A stretch of 64,000 nt of DNA from Chloroflexota bacterium (GTDB lineage Bacteria; Chloroflexota; UBA11872; VXNJ01), in assembly GCA_965261345.1 (NCBI GenBank), contig OZ253449.1, positions 672,001 to 736,000 of the forward strand. Reading direction: 5' to 3'. The notes beneath the pieces were generated by a model. That model was not told the DNA's origin, did no database searches, and saw only the letters and a list, made by a program, of their open reading frames with translations. Position 1 is the stretch's first letter, and each line of letters starts with the position of its first letter. Of this stretch, positions 1 through 11,462 are shown in pieces. The translations under genes were made by a program, and so were the position numbers.

Positions 1-1782
<1,782 letters not shown>

Positions 1783-1792
1783 TGGTTATCGC

Positions 1793-3316
1793 TCAGGCGG
1801 CCGCTTCAGCCGCAAACAAGCTTCCGGCAAATTCGGCGATCGCCGCATCCAGGGCGTCAAGTTGGTCGCGCTCGACACGCCCGCTGGTCGTGATCGCCTC
1901 GACCAGTTCACCCTGGGTGGCGTGGAGATGTTCGAGCAGTTGTACGATAAAGTCGCGCACGTCCTCGACCGCGATTGCGTCGGCCTGCCCGGTGGTTCCC
2001 GCGCGCAATGAAATTACCTGGTCGATTACCGACTGGGGCTGATACTGGTCCTGTTTGAGGATCTCGAGCAGGCGCTGCCCGCGAGTTAGCTGTTGGCGCG
2101 TCGCCGGGTCTAGATCGGATCCAAACTGGGCGAACGCGGCGACCTCGCGATATTGCGCCAGCGCCAGCCGTAGCCCCCCGGCAACTGTGCGCATGCTGCG
2201 CAACTGCGCATCGCCGCCGACGCGCGAAACCGACAGTCCGGCATTGATGGCCGGCCGGTTACCGGCGTTGAACAGGCCCGGTTCGAGGTAGATCTGCCCG
2301 TCGGTGATTGAAATCACATTGGTCGGGACGTAGGTGGTCAGGTCGCCTTCTTGCGTTTCAATAATCGGCAGCGCCGTTAGTGATCCGCCGCCGGCCTCGG
2401 CGCCCATGCGGGCCGCCCGTTCCAACAATCGGGAGTGCAGGTAAAAAATATCGCCCGGATAGGCTTCGCGGCCCGGTGGACGGCGCAGCAGCAACGAGAT
2501 CTGTCGATAGGCCCACGCATGCTTGGTCAGGTCGTCGTAAACGACCAAGGCATCCTGGCCTTGATCACGGAAAAATTCGCCGATCGTACAACCGACAAAG
2601 GGGGCTATGAATTGCACTCCGGCCGGGTCGGACGCGGTCGCGGCCACGATTACGGTGTGATCCATGGCCCCGTGCTGCTCCAGGACCGCCCGCACCTGCG
2701 CAATCTGGCCGGCTTTTTGACCGATCGCCACATAGATGCATTTGACTCCGGTGGCGCGCTGGTTGATGATCGCGTCGATCGCCACCGCGGTCTTGCCAAT
2801 TTGGCGGTCGCCGATGATCAGTTCACGCTGGCCGCGGCCGATCGGGATCATCGAATCGATCGCCCGAATTCCGGTTTGCAGGGGAGTGTCGACGTTGGCT
2901 CGGGCGGTAACTCCGGGGGCCACCTTTTCGATGACATCGAATCGGTCAGTATCTACCGGTCCCCGGCCGTCGAGGGGTGCCCCGACCGCCGAAACCACCC
3001 GGCCGAGCAGGGCCTCGCCAACCGGGACCTGAGCTACGCGACCGGTGGAGCGGACTTCGTCCCCTTCACGAATCTGGCTAAATTCACCCAACAGTACGAT
3101 CCCGACCGAGTCCTCTTCCAGGTTCAGCGCCATCCCCAGGACATTGCCGGGAAATTCGACCAATTCGCCCGCCAGCGCTTGTGAAAGGCCCTGGACGCGG
3201 GCGATGCCGTCGCCGGCCTCCACGACTGTGCCGACGTTGGCGGCTCCGGTCGTTGGGTCCAATTCCTGGATGCGCTGCCTTAGCAGCGCGGCGATATCTG
3301 GAGTGCTTTGGTCCAT
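1793..3316 (-). CDS. atpA: F0F1 ATP synthase subunit alpha
   Basis: [57 protein letters not shown] motifs. Confidence 0.99.
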   Translation of the reverse strand: MDQSTPDIAALLRQRIQELDPTTGAANVGTVVEAGDGIARVQGLSQALAGELVEFPGNVLGMALNLEEDSVGIVLLGEFSQIREGDEVRSTGRVAQVPVGEALLGRVVSAVGAPLDGRGPVDTDRFDVIEKVAPGVTARANVDTPLQTGIRAIDSMIPIGRGQRELIIGDRQIGKTAVAIDAIINQRATGVKCIYVAIGQKAGQIAQVRAVLEQHGAMDHTVIVAATASDPAGVQFIAPFVGCTIGEFFRDQGQDALVVYDDLTKHAWAYRQISLLLRRPPGREAYPGDIFYLHSRLLERAARMGAEAGGGSLTALPIIETQEGDLTTYVPTNVISITDGQIYLEPGLFNAGNRPAINAGLSVSRVGGDAQLRSMRTVAGGLRLALAQYREVAAFAQFGSDLDPATRQQLTRGQRLLEILKQDQYQPQSVIDQVISLRAGTTGQADAIAVEDVRDFIVQLLEHLHATQGELVEAITTSGRVERDQLDALDAAIAEFAGSLFAAEAAA

Positions 3317-3338
3317 GGTGGGTTGCTTTTTGGCTGCT

Positions 3339-3869
3339 TTAGTTGATGGATCTTTGTAGTGCGTTGAGCCGCGAGCGAATCGAAAGGTCGTGGCGCCAAT
3401 CTCCCATTCGCACCACCACTCCGCCTATGAGCTCGGGGTCGACCCGGACCCGCATGACCACCTGCCGTCCGGCACGGGTCAACTGGTCGGTCAGGTCGGT
3501 CAGTTGATGATCGGAAAGCGCCGCCGCAGCGGTGACTTCAACCCGGTCGATTGGTCCTTCGATACTGGATCGTCGCACGAACTGGTCATGCAATCCGGGC
3601 ACCAGTTCAAGGTGGCCGGCGGCACTCAAGACCTGGGCCAAGGCTATTCCCTGGCCGCCGACTAACCCGGTTAGCAACGATTGCACCACGCCCGGGTCGG
3701 CGCCGCGATCAGACAGTGCCACAACGAGATCGCGGTCCAAGCAGATTTGACTCAATCCGGCCAAGTCGGCGTCCCACCGCAGCCAGGTTGAATTGGCCGC
3801 GGCGTCAGCGATGATCGCCGACGAGTAGGTCCGCATGAAGCGACGGGCCGAATGACGATCGCGAATCAA
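3339..3869 (-). CDS. atpH: F0F1 ATP synthase subunit delta (divergent)
   Basis: C-terminal [15 protein letters not shown]...[12 protein letters not shown]/delta motif; position between atpF and atpA. Confidence 0.92.
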   Translation of the reverse strand: MIRDRHSARRFMRTYSSAIIADAAANSTWLRWDADLAGLSQICLDRDLVVALSDRGADPGVVQSLLTGLVGGQGIALAQVLSAAGHLELVPGLHDQFVRRSSIEGPIDRVEVTAAAALSDHQLTDLTDQLTRAGRQVVMRVRVDPELIGGVVVRMGDWRHDLSIRSRLNALQRSIN

Positions 3870-4375
3870 CTCGATCGGCCGCCAATCTCAGTGATCGCCT
3901 CATCGACCAAGCGGGCCTGTTCGTCGGCGTCAATTACTCGTCCAAGCACCTTGGCGGTGGCCTGGGTGACCAGGCCGGCCAATTCGCTGCGGGCCGAATC
4001 AAGAGCCTGCTGGCGAAGCCGTTCCGAATCCTGTTGGGCTTCGATTCGAACGCGTGCCGCCGATTCACGGGCCGCCTGCATCTGCTGCTCCTCAAGCTCG
4101 GCTAAGCGCTCGGCCATTTCCGCCCGCAGGCGCTGGGCGTCGGCCTGCTGCCGGCGCAACTGGGCCTGGAACTGCTCCTGTTCGGCCTGGGCCTGCTGCT
4201 TGAGTTGGGCGGCCTGGTCGATGTCGTCGGCAATCCGCGCTCGTCGTTCACGCAGAGCCCGAGCAACTGGAGCAAACAACAAGCGGTTGATGATCCAAAC
4301 GAACACCAGGAATGTAACGAGCTGGAATAAAAGGTTGGGGAATAGGATTCCTACTCCCCCGAAAAGCTCAATCAC
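3866..4375 (-). CDS. atpF: F0F1 ATP synthase subunit b
   Basis: N-terminal TM helix (LLFQLVTFLVFVWIINRLLFAP) followed by a long Ala/Glu/Gln coiled coil; operon position. Confidence 0.95.
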   Translation of the reverse strand: MIELFGGVGILFPNLLFQLVTFLVFVWIINRLLFAPVARALRERRARIADDIDQAAQLKQQAQAEQEQFQAQLRRQQADAQRLRAEMAERLAELEEQQMQAARESAARVRIEAQQDSERLRQQALDSARSELAGLVTQATAKVLGRVIDADEQARLVDEAITEIGGRSS

Positions 4376-4439
4376 CGGGGTTTAAACGCCTCCCGTTCGC
4401 GTGTCCCAGGAATGGGAATGGTCTTTTTCGCAAGTCCGT

Positions 4440-4670
4440 TTAGCCGCCCAAGCCAAGGGCGAGAAACAGGCCGATCAAGAATCCATAGATCCCGATCGCT
4501 TCGGTTAGACCGAGCGCCACGATCATGTTTGGCCGGATCGTGCTTTCGGCCTCCGGATTTCGCCCCAGCGCCGACATTGCGGCGGCGGTGCCTAGGCCCA
4601 GGCCGATGCCCGAACCGATCCCGGCCAAACCGATCGCCAGACCGGCTCCGATTGGTCCAAAGTCTTCCAT
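4440..4670 (-). CDS. atpE: F0F1 ATP synthase subunit c (H+-type)
   Basis: GxGxGxG helix, RNP loop, carboxylate in LTEAIGIY. The Na+-binding Q/ES(T) signature is absent. Strong SD AAAGG. Confidence 0.98.
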   Translation of the reverse strand: MEDFGPIGAGLAIGLAGIGSGIGLGLGTAAAMSALGRNPEAESTIRPNMIVALGLTEAIGIYGFLIGLFLALGLGG

Positions 4671-4730
4671 GTGCGATACCTTTCCCTGTAAGGAGTTGTT
4701 AGAAGCGTTCGCTCAAAGGGTTGAAGCGGT

Positions 4731-5510
4731 TCAATGATGCTCGGCACCGGTGTCGGTGCCAATCGCCACGCCAGTAAAGCTAAGCGTCAAGATTGCAAAA
4801 ACCAGCGCCTGGATCAACCCGAAGAGCAGTTCAAGCAACAAGAAGATTACGCCAATAACCGGCATGTAGGTGGACGAAAGGCCGAGCAGGACCTCTCCGG
4901 CAAACAGGTTGCCAAAAAGCCGAAAGGATAGTGAGACGATCACAAACAGTTCGATCAGCACGAATATCGGGGCCAGCAGCCACGAATTCTGGGCCACCGC
5001 CTTGAGGTGACCGATCGGCCCGTGGGATGCGATGCCAGTTGAATGGATCAGTATGAATGCCACCAGCGCGAGCGCCAGGGTCATGTTGATGTCGGCTGTG
5101 GCGGGACGCAGGAATGGAACCAGGACTTCGTGCCCATGCGACTCATGCAGGTAGCCGACGGTCCCAACGAACGGGAGCAGCGAAAACCAGTTGGCCAGCA
5201 GGATGAAGGTGAAGAAGGCCACCAGCAGCGGTAGGCGCGGATCGGTGAACCGCCCGAGGGTGTTGCGGCTGGCCTCACTGAGCTGGTCGTAAGTTATTTC
5301 CACGATCGACTGCAGGGGTCCCGGGATCAATCCGATGCCGGCCCTAGTCGCCAGACCGATAACGACCATCAGGGCCATGATCACAAACATGATCACCATC
5401 GAATTTGTCAGAACGAATTCGCCCAGCGGCCTGGCTACGGCGTCGCCAAAAAGAGAGAAATGGCACCCTTCGCAGATCGGTTCCGCCGGGAGTACGAATT
5501 CTGGAAGCAC
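4731..5510 (-). CDS. atpB: F0F1 ATP synthase subunit a
   Basis: ILLANW, PATADIN, SLSFRLFGNLFAGE, LIQALVFAILT motifs; GTG start. Confidence 0.97.
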   Translation of the reverse strand: MLPEFVLPAEPICEGCHFSLFGDAVARPLGEFVLTNSMVIMFVIMALMVVIGLATRAGIGLIPGPLQSIVEITYDQLSEASRNTLGRFTDPRLPLLVAFFTFILLANWFSLLPFVGTVGYLHESHGHEVLVPFLRPATADINMTLALALVAFILIHSTGIASHGPIGHLKAVAQNSWLLAPIFVLIELFVIVSLSFRLFGNLFAGEVLLGLSSTYMPVIGVIFLLLELLFGLIQALVFAILTLSFTGVAIGTDTGAEHH

Positions 5511-5525
5511 GCGAACCTACCCGCT

Positions 5526-5738
5526 TCAGTCCTGCTGCCAGCGGTAGATCTGCACGAATACCGAGAAGCTGGCCGCAAGACCCAGTAGTATTCCCGCAAT
5601 GAGAAACAATGGACGGGTCGACAGATGGCCGTCCAGCCATCCGCCCGCTTGTATTCCGGCTATTAGAAACGCTCCGACAATGAAGCCAAATTCAAGCGCG
5701 AGTGCCGCAACTTTAACCACCCGCACGGCCGCACCCAA
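5526..5738 (-). CDS. AtpZ/AtpI family small membrane protein
   Basis: 70 aa, two TM helices with GGWLDGHLSTRPLFLIAGILLG, typical of AtpZ/AtpI; first gene of the atp operon. Confidence 0.85.
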   Translation of the reverse strand: MGAAVRVVKVAALALEFGFIVGAFLIAGIQAGGWLDGHLSTRPLFLIAGILLGLAASFSVFVQIYRWQQD

Positions 5739-5881
5739 ATCCCATAGAAGCCGGTCCTAGCGCCCAGCAATCCTAACATTTGGCGGCCCCGGCGCCGGAA
5801 CACCCGGTCGTTGCCACAGGCCTGCCAATTTAAGATTTAGGTGCCCCAGGATTAGCTTCGGCCGCCGCGTTACCAGCAACC

Positions 5882-6016
5882 ATGAACGACCCGTTGAAAC
5901 GACCCCGCCTCAAACGCCCTAGGATGGCAATTCCCTGGGGCTTCGTATCCGTGATCCTGGTAGGCATCGTGGCACTGTCGATCTTTGGCAGCTGGGGGTA
6001 CGTGGCTTTTTCCTAG
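5882..6016 (+). CDS. Putative 44-aa single-pass membrane protein
   Basis: Below the ORF-track cutoff. ATG 5882 to TAG 6016 gives MNDPLKRPRLKRPRMAIPWGFVSVILVGIVALSIFGSWGYVAFS: basic N-terminus plus hydrophobic helix. It fills the gap and ends 9 bp from the convergent stop. Confidence 0.6.
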   Translation: MNDPLKRPRLKRPRMAIPWGFVSVILVGIVALSIFGSWGYVAFS

Positions 6017-6025
6017 CCGGCCGAA

Positions 6026-7447
6026 TCAGGAAATGCTGAAACGGTAGTTGGCCAGCGCGTCGTAGGCGGTTTCGGTGACCGCTTCCGGTCGCTGCCGGTC
6101 GATAAGGAGCGGCAGGTCGATATTGCGCCGCAGTAGGGTGCGCTCCGAAGCCGGCAACATCACCGGCTCGGCGCTATCTAGGGATTTGCCAATGAATTCA
6201 ATGTCGGAGCTCGTCATTCGGGGCAGAAGTGAACCGGCATTGACCAGGTCGACCCGGCGGGCGGTCGGAAATACCGCGGAACCGGCGGTCTGGACGATCG
6301 CCTGCAGGCTGGCCACCGCCGCCTCGCGGTCACGCGCCGTAACCGGTACGCCCAGCATCATATGCATTTCAACCGGGGTGAAATGTCCGGGCCCGGCCGG
6401 CAGGTGAGCGAGCTCCACCCGGCCGCCTTGGGTAGTACGCCAGAACTGGGCAAGCCAGCCGCTGTTGAAGGGGTAGGAGGTCATCGCGTTTGCATGTTGG
6501 GTAATCGTCCAGCGCAGACTGCGTCCGGTTCCGCCCTCAAAGACCAGCGCGCTTTGCTGCTCATGGACTAACGAGTACATCAAGTCCAGCGCGATCAGCG
6601 CCGCTGCCGACTGCAGCCGGTCCTCGCCGCCCTCGATGTTGGGCAGGCTGGCACCCATCGCGAGCATCCAAATCCAGGACGGTGGCAGCGAATCGTTATA
6701 TGGACTGGAGGAAACCAGCTGCAGAAATCCGAACGCGCCGCGGTCATTGACGGTGGCCGACGGGTGGGTTAGCCGGGAGACATTGACGAGGAAATCTTCG
6801 TGTTTCCAGGGAGCGCCGATAGGCGGCTCCACGCCCACGCTGGAGAGCAGATCAAGGTTGCAGATCATAAACCAGGGTCCGAGCATCAGCGGGATTGCCA
6901 GCTGGCGCCCGCGTACCTGGCCGGCAGCCAAGGTCTGCCCCCAATATTGGCCCGGATCGAGCAGCGATTCGGCCCCGCCAACCTTGTCCAATTCGATGAG
7001 CATGCCGTAGCGGTGCAGATCGGCCAATTGCGATCCAGGGAACAGTATCAGGTCGGGCAGCGCCTCGCTGGAGAGCGAACCCAAAGCCTCAGCGAGCCCG
7101 ATTCCCTCAGATTCGTTCGTAAATGCCCGGTCGTCAAGCAGGCGTGGATATTTTCCCTGCCAGGAATTGGCGCCCGTGGCCAAGTTGCGGTAGTGTTCGT
7201 TGCGCCCGCCCAGCGGGGAAGGGGCAAAGACGAGGCGCACTGTCTGATCGGCCAGGTAGTTGGTGTCGAGATCGATCTGCGACCCAAAAGTCGATTGCGC
7301 CGAATCAAGGATTGATTGCTGTTCGTCCGAAAGCGGCGGTTTCGTGGCGTCACTCCGGCCCCCGCACGCCGCCCACAGCACCGACAAGAGTGGCGCGGCC
7401 AGCAGCAACCGCCGTCGGCTTACAGTGTTGCGGTTATCCGATTCCAT
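6026..7447 (-). CDS. Tat-exported lipoprotein, ABC-type extracellular solute-binding protein (sugar-binding family 1-like)
   Basis: Likely start ATG 7447 (MESDNRNTVSRRRLLL, twin-Arg; lipobox LWAAC). PDLI, GMLIELD, GRQLAIP, NLDLL..GV.PP...W motifs of family 1 SBPs. Confidence 0.75.
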   Translation of the reverse strand: MESDNRNTVSRRRLLLAAPLLSVLWAACGGRSDATKPPLSDEQQSILDSAQSTFGSQIDLDTNYLADQTVRLVFAPSPLGGRNEHYRNLATGANSWQGKYPRLLDDRAFTNESEGIGLAEALGSLSSEALPDLILFPGSQLADLHRYGMLIELDKVGGAESLLDPGQYWGQTLAAGQVRGRQLAIPLMLGPWFMICNLDLLSSVGVEPPIGAPWKHEDFLVNVSRLTHPSATVNDRGAFGFLQLVSSSPYNDSLPPSWIWMLAMGASLPNIEGGEDRLQSAAALIALDLMYSLVHEQQSALVFEGGTGRSLRWTITQHANAMTSYPFNSGWLAQFWRTTQGGRVELAHLPAGPGHFTPVEMHMMLGVPVTARDREAAVASLQAIVQTAGSAVFPTARRVDLVNAGSLLPRMTSSDIEFIGKSLDSAEPVMLPASERTLLRRNIDLPLLIDRQRPEAVTETAYDALANYRFSIS

Positions 7448-9473
7448 CAGGGCGGTACACGAGCTCAGTCTGGTCGGGCGATTCAATCCGCAGCGTGGCC
7501 GGATCATCCCGGTACGCCCAAATTTCGCCGCCAATTGCCAGCAAATAAACACTTCGATCTTCGACGAAATTTGGCGAAACCGAGATCTGCAGGATTGCCC
7601 GATTCTCCAGCCCGGCGTTTATCGCATTCCAGCTGCCACCGGCGTCGGCGGACCGGCGGGCACCTCCGCTGGTGGCCGCAAAGAGCAGCTGTTCACTGGA
7701 AAAGCCCGGCGCGGCTGCCAGATCCAGAATCGAGGTCGTCGAATGCCCAGGGCGAGTTCCCGCCCAGACGTTGCGGAATCGGCGGGCCGGAGTAAACACC
7801 TGATTGTGGGCGGCAAATGCCCAGTATCGATTCTCAGAGGCGTCATAGCTGTCCGGGACGACCACACTGGCCCATTCGGCACCGGTGCGGTGGCGCACGA
7901 CTCGACGCCAGCTGGTACCGCCATTGTCGGTTTGGCTGATTACCACCCGGCCCGACTGGAAGGAAGCAACCATCATCGTTTCATCCAGTGCGAAAGCTGG
8001 CGAGAACTGGGCGTCGAGCAGGGTGTCACCGCGGAAATCATGATCGGCCGGAGCAAGATCCTGGCCACCATCGCGACAGAGCCAGGCTCGACCACTCACC
8101 CCGCCGCAGAACACCGCAAAGCTGCCTTCGTCCTCGTTGGAGGTTGTCACGCACCGCAACTCGCAATCGCCGACCGTTTCCGACCGCTGCCAGTTGCGGC
8201 CGGCGTCGCCGGTTACGAAGAGGCCGCCACCACTGGCGGCAAAGGCCCGGCCGTCACGGGCAAAACGGGGGGAGAAAGCAATCTGAAATATGGGCACGCC
8301 CTCGGTACCCTCGGCCGCCTCGGACCAACTGCAGCCACCGTCACTTGAGCTAAATATTCCGCCCTGTGAGCCCCCAGCGAACATCAGCGGGCGGGTGGCA
8401 AAATCGGGCGCCATCGCAAAGCAGAGCCAATTCTGGCTCGGAACGCCTTGGGCCGAATCGATCCAGGTCTCGCCCGAATCCTCGGATCGCATGAGACCGG
8501 CTCCATAAGTCCCCGCCAGCAGCAATCCGCCGCCGCCCGGTTCGGCCAGCGAGAGCAGCGAAAGTACCGGAGCTCCATCGGCCGGGACGGATATCTTGGA
8601 GAAGCTGACTCCGGCATCGCGCGATCGATAGATGGACCCATCTCCGGCTCCGGCAAAAACGGTCTGATCGGACGCGTAACGCGGCGATATGGCGATCGCA
8701 TTGACCGATTCCTGGTCGATTCCCGCCGATTTGTCCAGGGTTCGACCGCCGTCGTGGCTGTACCAGACCCCCGATTCTTCATCGCCCAGAAATACCGCCG
8801 CCTGCTGGGTTTGCACCGGCGCGCAGGCGATCACTTGCACACTCGCGGGCACTGGCGCGCCGGCTTCGCCAGCGGCCATCCAGCTCCGTCCACCGTCTGA
8901 AGAGCGGTAGGGACCGCTCCCAGCGACGGCGCAATAGGTGCGTTGATCGCTGGCAAAACCGGGCGAATAGGCCACCGCCAATACCTCGCCGCCCTCTCCG
9001 TCGGACGGCAACCCGGCGGTGGCGGCGTTCCAAGTCTTGCCCGCGTTATCGGTTCGGAAGACACCGTCCGACAGGGTCGCGGTCAGGGCCGATCGGTCGC
9101 GCGCGAAATTGGGCGAAACCGCAAAGGCGGCGATTGCCGGATTGATTCCCCAGTAACTGAGCCTCCGCCAATTGACCCCGCCGAACGACATAAAGCCACC
9201 AACGCCTGCGGCGGCGGCAAAGAGCCTGGGCGACGATCCCGGCTCGCTTGCCAGCGCCAGGTTCTGGATGAACGGGCTTTGCAGCCCGTCATTGGCCACC
9301 GACCAGGATTTGCCGTTGTCGGTCGAACGATAGACGCCCGACATGGTGCCGGCGTACAGGATTCGGTCGGCGCTGGTGCCGGGCGAGGCTACGATCGCCG
9401 ACACCGTGCCGCCACTCTTGCCGCCTACCCGCCGCCAGACGTTGGCCGGGACGGTCATTAATTGGCTTGCCAT
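7434..9473 (-). CDS. Asp-box/BNR repeat beta-propeller protein (YCF48/VPS10-like)
   Basis: Many SxDxGxT/SW Asp-boxes (STDNGKSW, TDNAGKTW, SSDGGRSW, SEDSGETW, SADAGGSW) and recurring SPxFAxD units. Confidence 0.85.
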   Translation of the reverse strand: MASQLMTVPANVWRRVGGKSGGTVSAIVASPGTSADRILYAGTMSGVYRSTDNGKSWSVANDGLQSPFIQNLALASEPGSSPRLFAAAAGVGGFMSFGGVNWRRLSYWGINPAIAAFAVSPNFARDRSALTATLSDGVFRTDNAGKTWNAATAGLPSDGEGGEVLAVAYSPGFASDQRTYCAVAGSGPYRSSDGGRSWMAAGEAGAPVPASVQVIACAPVQTQQAAVFLGDEESGVWYSHDGGRTLDKSAGIDQESVNAIAISPRYASDQTVFAGAGDGSIYRSRDAGVSFSKISVPADGAPVLSLLSLAEPGGGGLLLAGTYGAGLMRSEDSGETWIDSAQGVPSQNWLCFAMAPDFATRPLMFAGGSQGGIFSSSDGGCSWSEAAEGTEGVPIFQIAFSPRFARDGRAFAASGGGLFVTGDAGRNWQRSETVGDCELRCVTTSNEDEGSFAVFCGGVSGRAWLCRDGGQDLAPADHDFRGDTLLDAQFSPAFALDETMMVASFQSGRVVISQTDNGGTSWRRVVRHRTGAEWASVVVPDSYDASENRYWAFAAHNQVFTPARRFRNVWAGTRPGHSTTSILDLAAAPGFSSEQLLFAATSGGARRSADAGGSWNAINAGLENRAILQISVSPNFVEDRSVYLLAIGGEIWAYRDDPATLRIESPDQTELVYRPDGIG

Positions 9474-9585
9474 GAAATGATCTGTTGCTGAGGACGGATT
9501 GGAGAGCAGGTTTGCCTCGGCGCCCGCACAGCCACCGGGCGGTAGTTGCCGATGGTAGGGGTCAGTTGGCGAGACAAATCAGCCA

Positions 9586-10101
9586 CTAGGGAATGATTAT
9601 CGTATCGCCCGCAACTATCAGATCTGGATCAAAAATTTCCGGATTGGCCTCTAGCAGCTGGTTAAGACTGACCAGGTAGCGCTCGGCCAGTTGATCCAGG
9701 GTCTCACCCGGTTGCACGACATGAAGCAACCGTGACGGCCCTGGCCGAGGGAATTGGGCAATAACGGTCGGAGTATGGTCGGGGACCGGCGGGGGAGTAA
9801 TTACCAATTCGGGCGGCAGGATCGTCTCTAAGGGCTCGATCACCGGCCCGGGCAATTCCTCGGCGGAGTTTAAGGAGAGGATCGCGGCGGAGTTATGGGC
9901 GGCGTCGCGGTAGACCGCAGTCTGCCAATTCAGGGCCAGGAAGGCGATCAGGGCGGCGGCGGCCAGAATGACCAGCCGCGCCGGTCCCACCCAATCGAAC
10001 CGCCTCTGCGAAACGATTGCATCGCCGGTCACCGGTCGCCAGAACATGCGCGGACCATCTTGACGGGGCGAAACATCCAATGGACGCAACGGGCCGTTCA
10101 C
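9586..10101 (-). CDS. Membrane-anchored LysM domain protein
   Basis: TM helix, Pro-rich linker, C-terminal HVVQPGETLDQLAERY...NPEIFDPDLIVAGDTIIIP LysM. Confidence 0.9.
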   Translation of the reverse strand: MNGPLRPLDVSPRQDGPRMFWRPVTGDAIVSQRRFDWVGPARLVILAAAALIAFLALNWQTAVYRDAAHNSAAILSLNSAEELPGPVIEPLETILPPELVITPPPVPDHTPTVIAQFPRPGPSRLLHVVQPGETLDQLAERYLVSLNQLLEANPEIFDPDLIVAGDTIIIP

Positions 10102-11441
10102 AGGGATCCCAGCACCAGGATCAAGTCATTGACGTTGGTCAATGTGGGTCCAGTCTTGACCAGGTCGCCGGTCGCTGCCAGGTACCGATAGGAATCACAG
10201 TTTCGCAAATGGACTTCGGCCTCCAGCCCGGCAGTTCGGCCGCGGGCCAGGGTGTGGCAATCGGCAAACGCACCCGCCGCATCGGTGGGTCCGTCGGTGC
10301 CGTCGGTGCCAAGGGCAAGCACGGTGAGACCAGGGTCGCCGGACATCGTGCAGGCGGCGCTCAATGCTAAATGCTGGCAGCGCCCACCGCTGCCTTCGCC
10401 CTTGACCACCACCACCGTTTCGCCACCGAAGATGAGACAGAACGGGCGTCGGGCAGCGGCTAGTTTTGCACGACCGGCCCGCAGGATTCGCCGAGCGGCG
10501 AGGTCGGCCGGTCCGGTTACCGCCAAATCGCAGATCTCCGAATCCAAGCCCAGCGAACGCGCCTTTGACCGGGCGGCGTCGGCGGCAATGGCCAGGTTGC
10601 CAATGACTTGGTGAGTAACCCCAACAAACTCGCCCGCTCCCGGCTTGGGGGTTTCGGGCAAGTCGCCCTTAAGCCCGCGGCCCACAGTCTGGCGCACGCT
10701 GCCCGGCAATCTGCCGCCCAGGTCGTACCGTTCTATGACCGCGGCGGCGTCCGACCAGGTGGTTGAGTCAGGGAAAAACGGCCCCGATGCGATCGTATCC
10801 AAGCGATCCCCCAGCACGTCCGAGATTGCCAGCACCAGAACCGGACGCACTGACGCCAGCCGCGCCAACCGACCGGCATGAGTGGCGGAGAGGTGTTTAC
10901 GGACGGTGTTGAGCTCGGTGATATCGGCCCCCGCCTTGAGCAGGAGGTCGGTGGTTCGCCCGAGATCGGCGATGGTCACTGGGGCGATTGGGTCGACCAT
11001 GAGGGCCGATCCGCCGCCCGAAAAAAGCGCGATCAGCACGCCGCCGGGATCGGCGATAGAGATCAGTTCGCGGATCCGGCGTCCGATCTCTGGCGCCCGC
11101 CGGTCGGGGACCGGGTGGGCGGCGGCGGCCACCTCAATTCGCGTCAGCGGCAGCTCGTGGCCGTCCTTTACGGCCAGCAAACCGGCCGCTATATTGGTCC
11201 CCAAAGCGGCTTCGGCAGCCCGTCCCATTGCCGCTGCGGCCTTGCCAGCGCCGATCACCACGACCGGCCGTTGCCCGGCCAGATCGATTGCTCCGGCCGC
11301 GGTGATTAACCGATCGCCGTCGCGGTGCAACGCGGCCGCCACCGCCAGATCCGGTTTGGCCGCGGCAACGCCGGCCAGGGCAATCGACAGCGCTTGGGTG
11401 CGCCGGCGCGAACCGCCAAGATCGGGGTTGGCCAGTTGCAA
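10098..11441 (-). CDS. Glycerate 2-kinase, MOFRL/DUF4147 family
   Basis: IGAGKAAAAM, HPVPD, SGGGSAL, SDVLGD...IASGP, GGETVV, GTDGTDGPT, TGPTLTNVND. Confidence 0.93.
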   Translation of the reverse strand: MQLANPDLGGSRRRTQALSIALAGVAAAKPDLAVAAALHRDGDRLITAAGAIDLAGQRPVVVIGAGKAAAAMGRAAEAALGTNIAAGLLAVKDGHELPLTRIEVAAAAHPVPDRRAPEIGRRIRELISIADPGGVLIALFSGGGSALMVDPIAPVTIADLGRTTDLLLKAGADITELNTVRKHLSATHAGRLARLASVRPVLVLAISDVLGDRLDTIASGPFFPDSTTWSDAAAVIERYDLGGRLPGSVRQTVGRGLKGDLPETPKPGAGEFVGVTHQVIGNLAIAADAARSKARSLGLDSEICDLAVTGPADLAARRILRAGRAKLAAARRPFCLIFGGETVVVVKGEGSGGRCQHLALSAACTMSGDPGLTVLALGTDGTDGPTDAAGAFADCHTLARGRTAGLEAEVHLRNCDSYRYLAATGDLVKTGPTLTNVNDLILVLGSL

Positions 11442-11462
11442 TCGGGTTAGTTAGCGCCGGCT

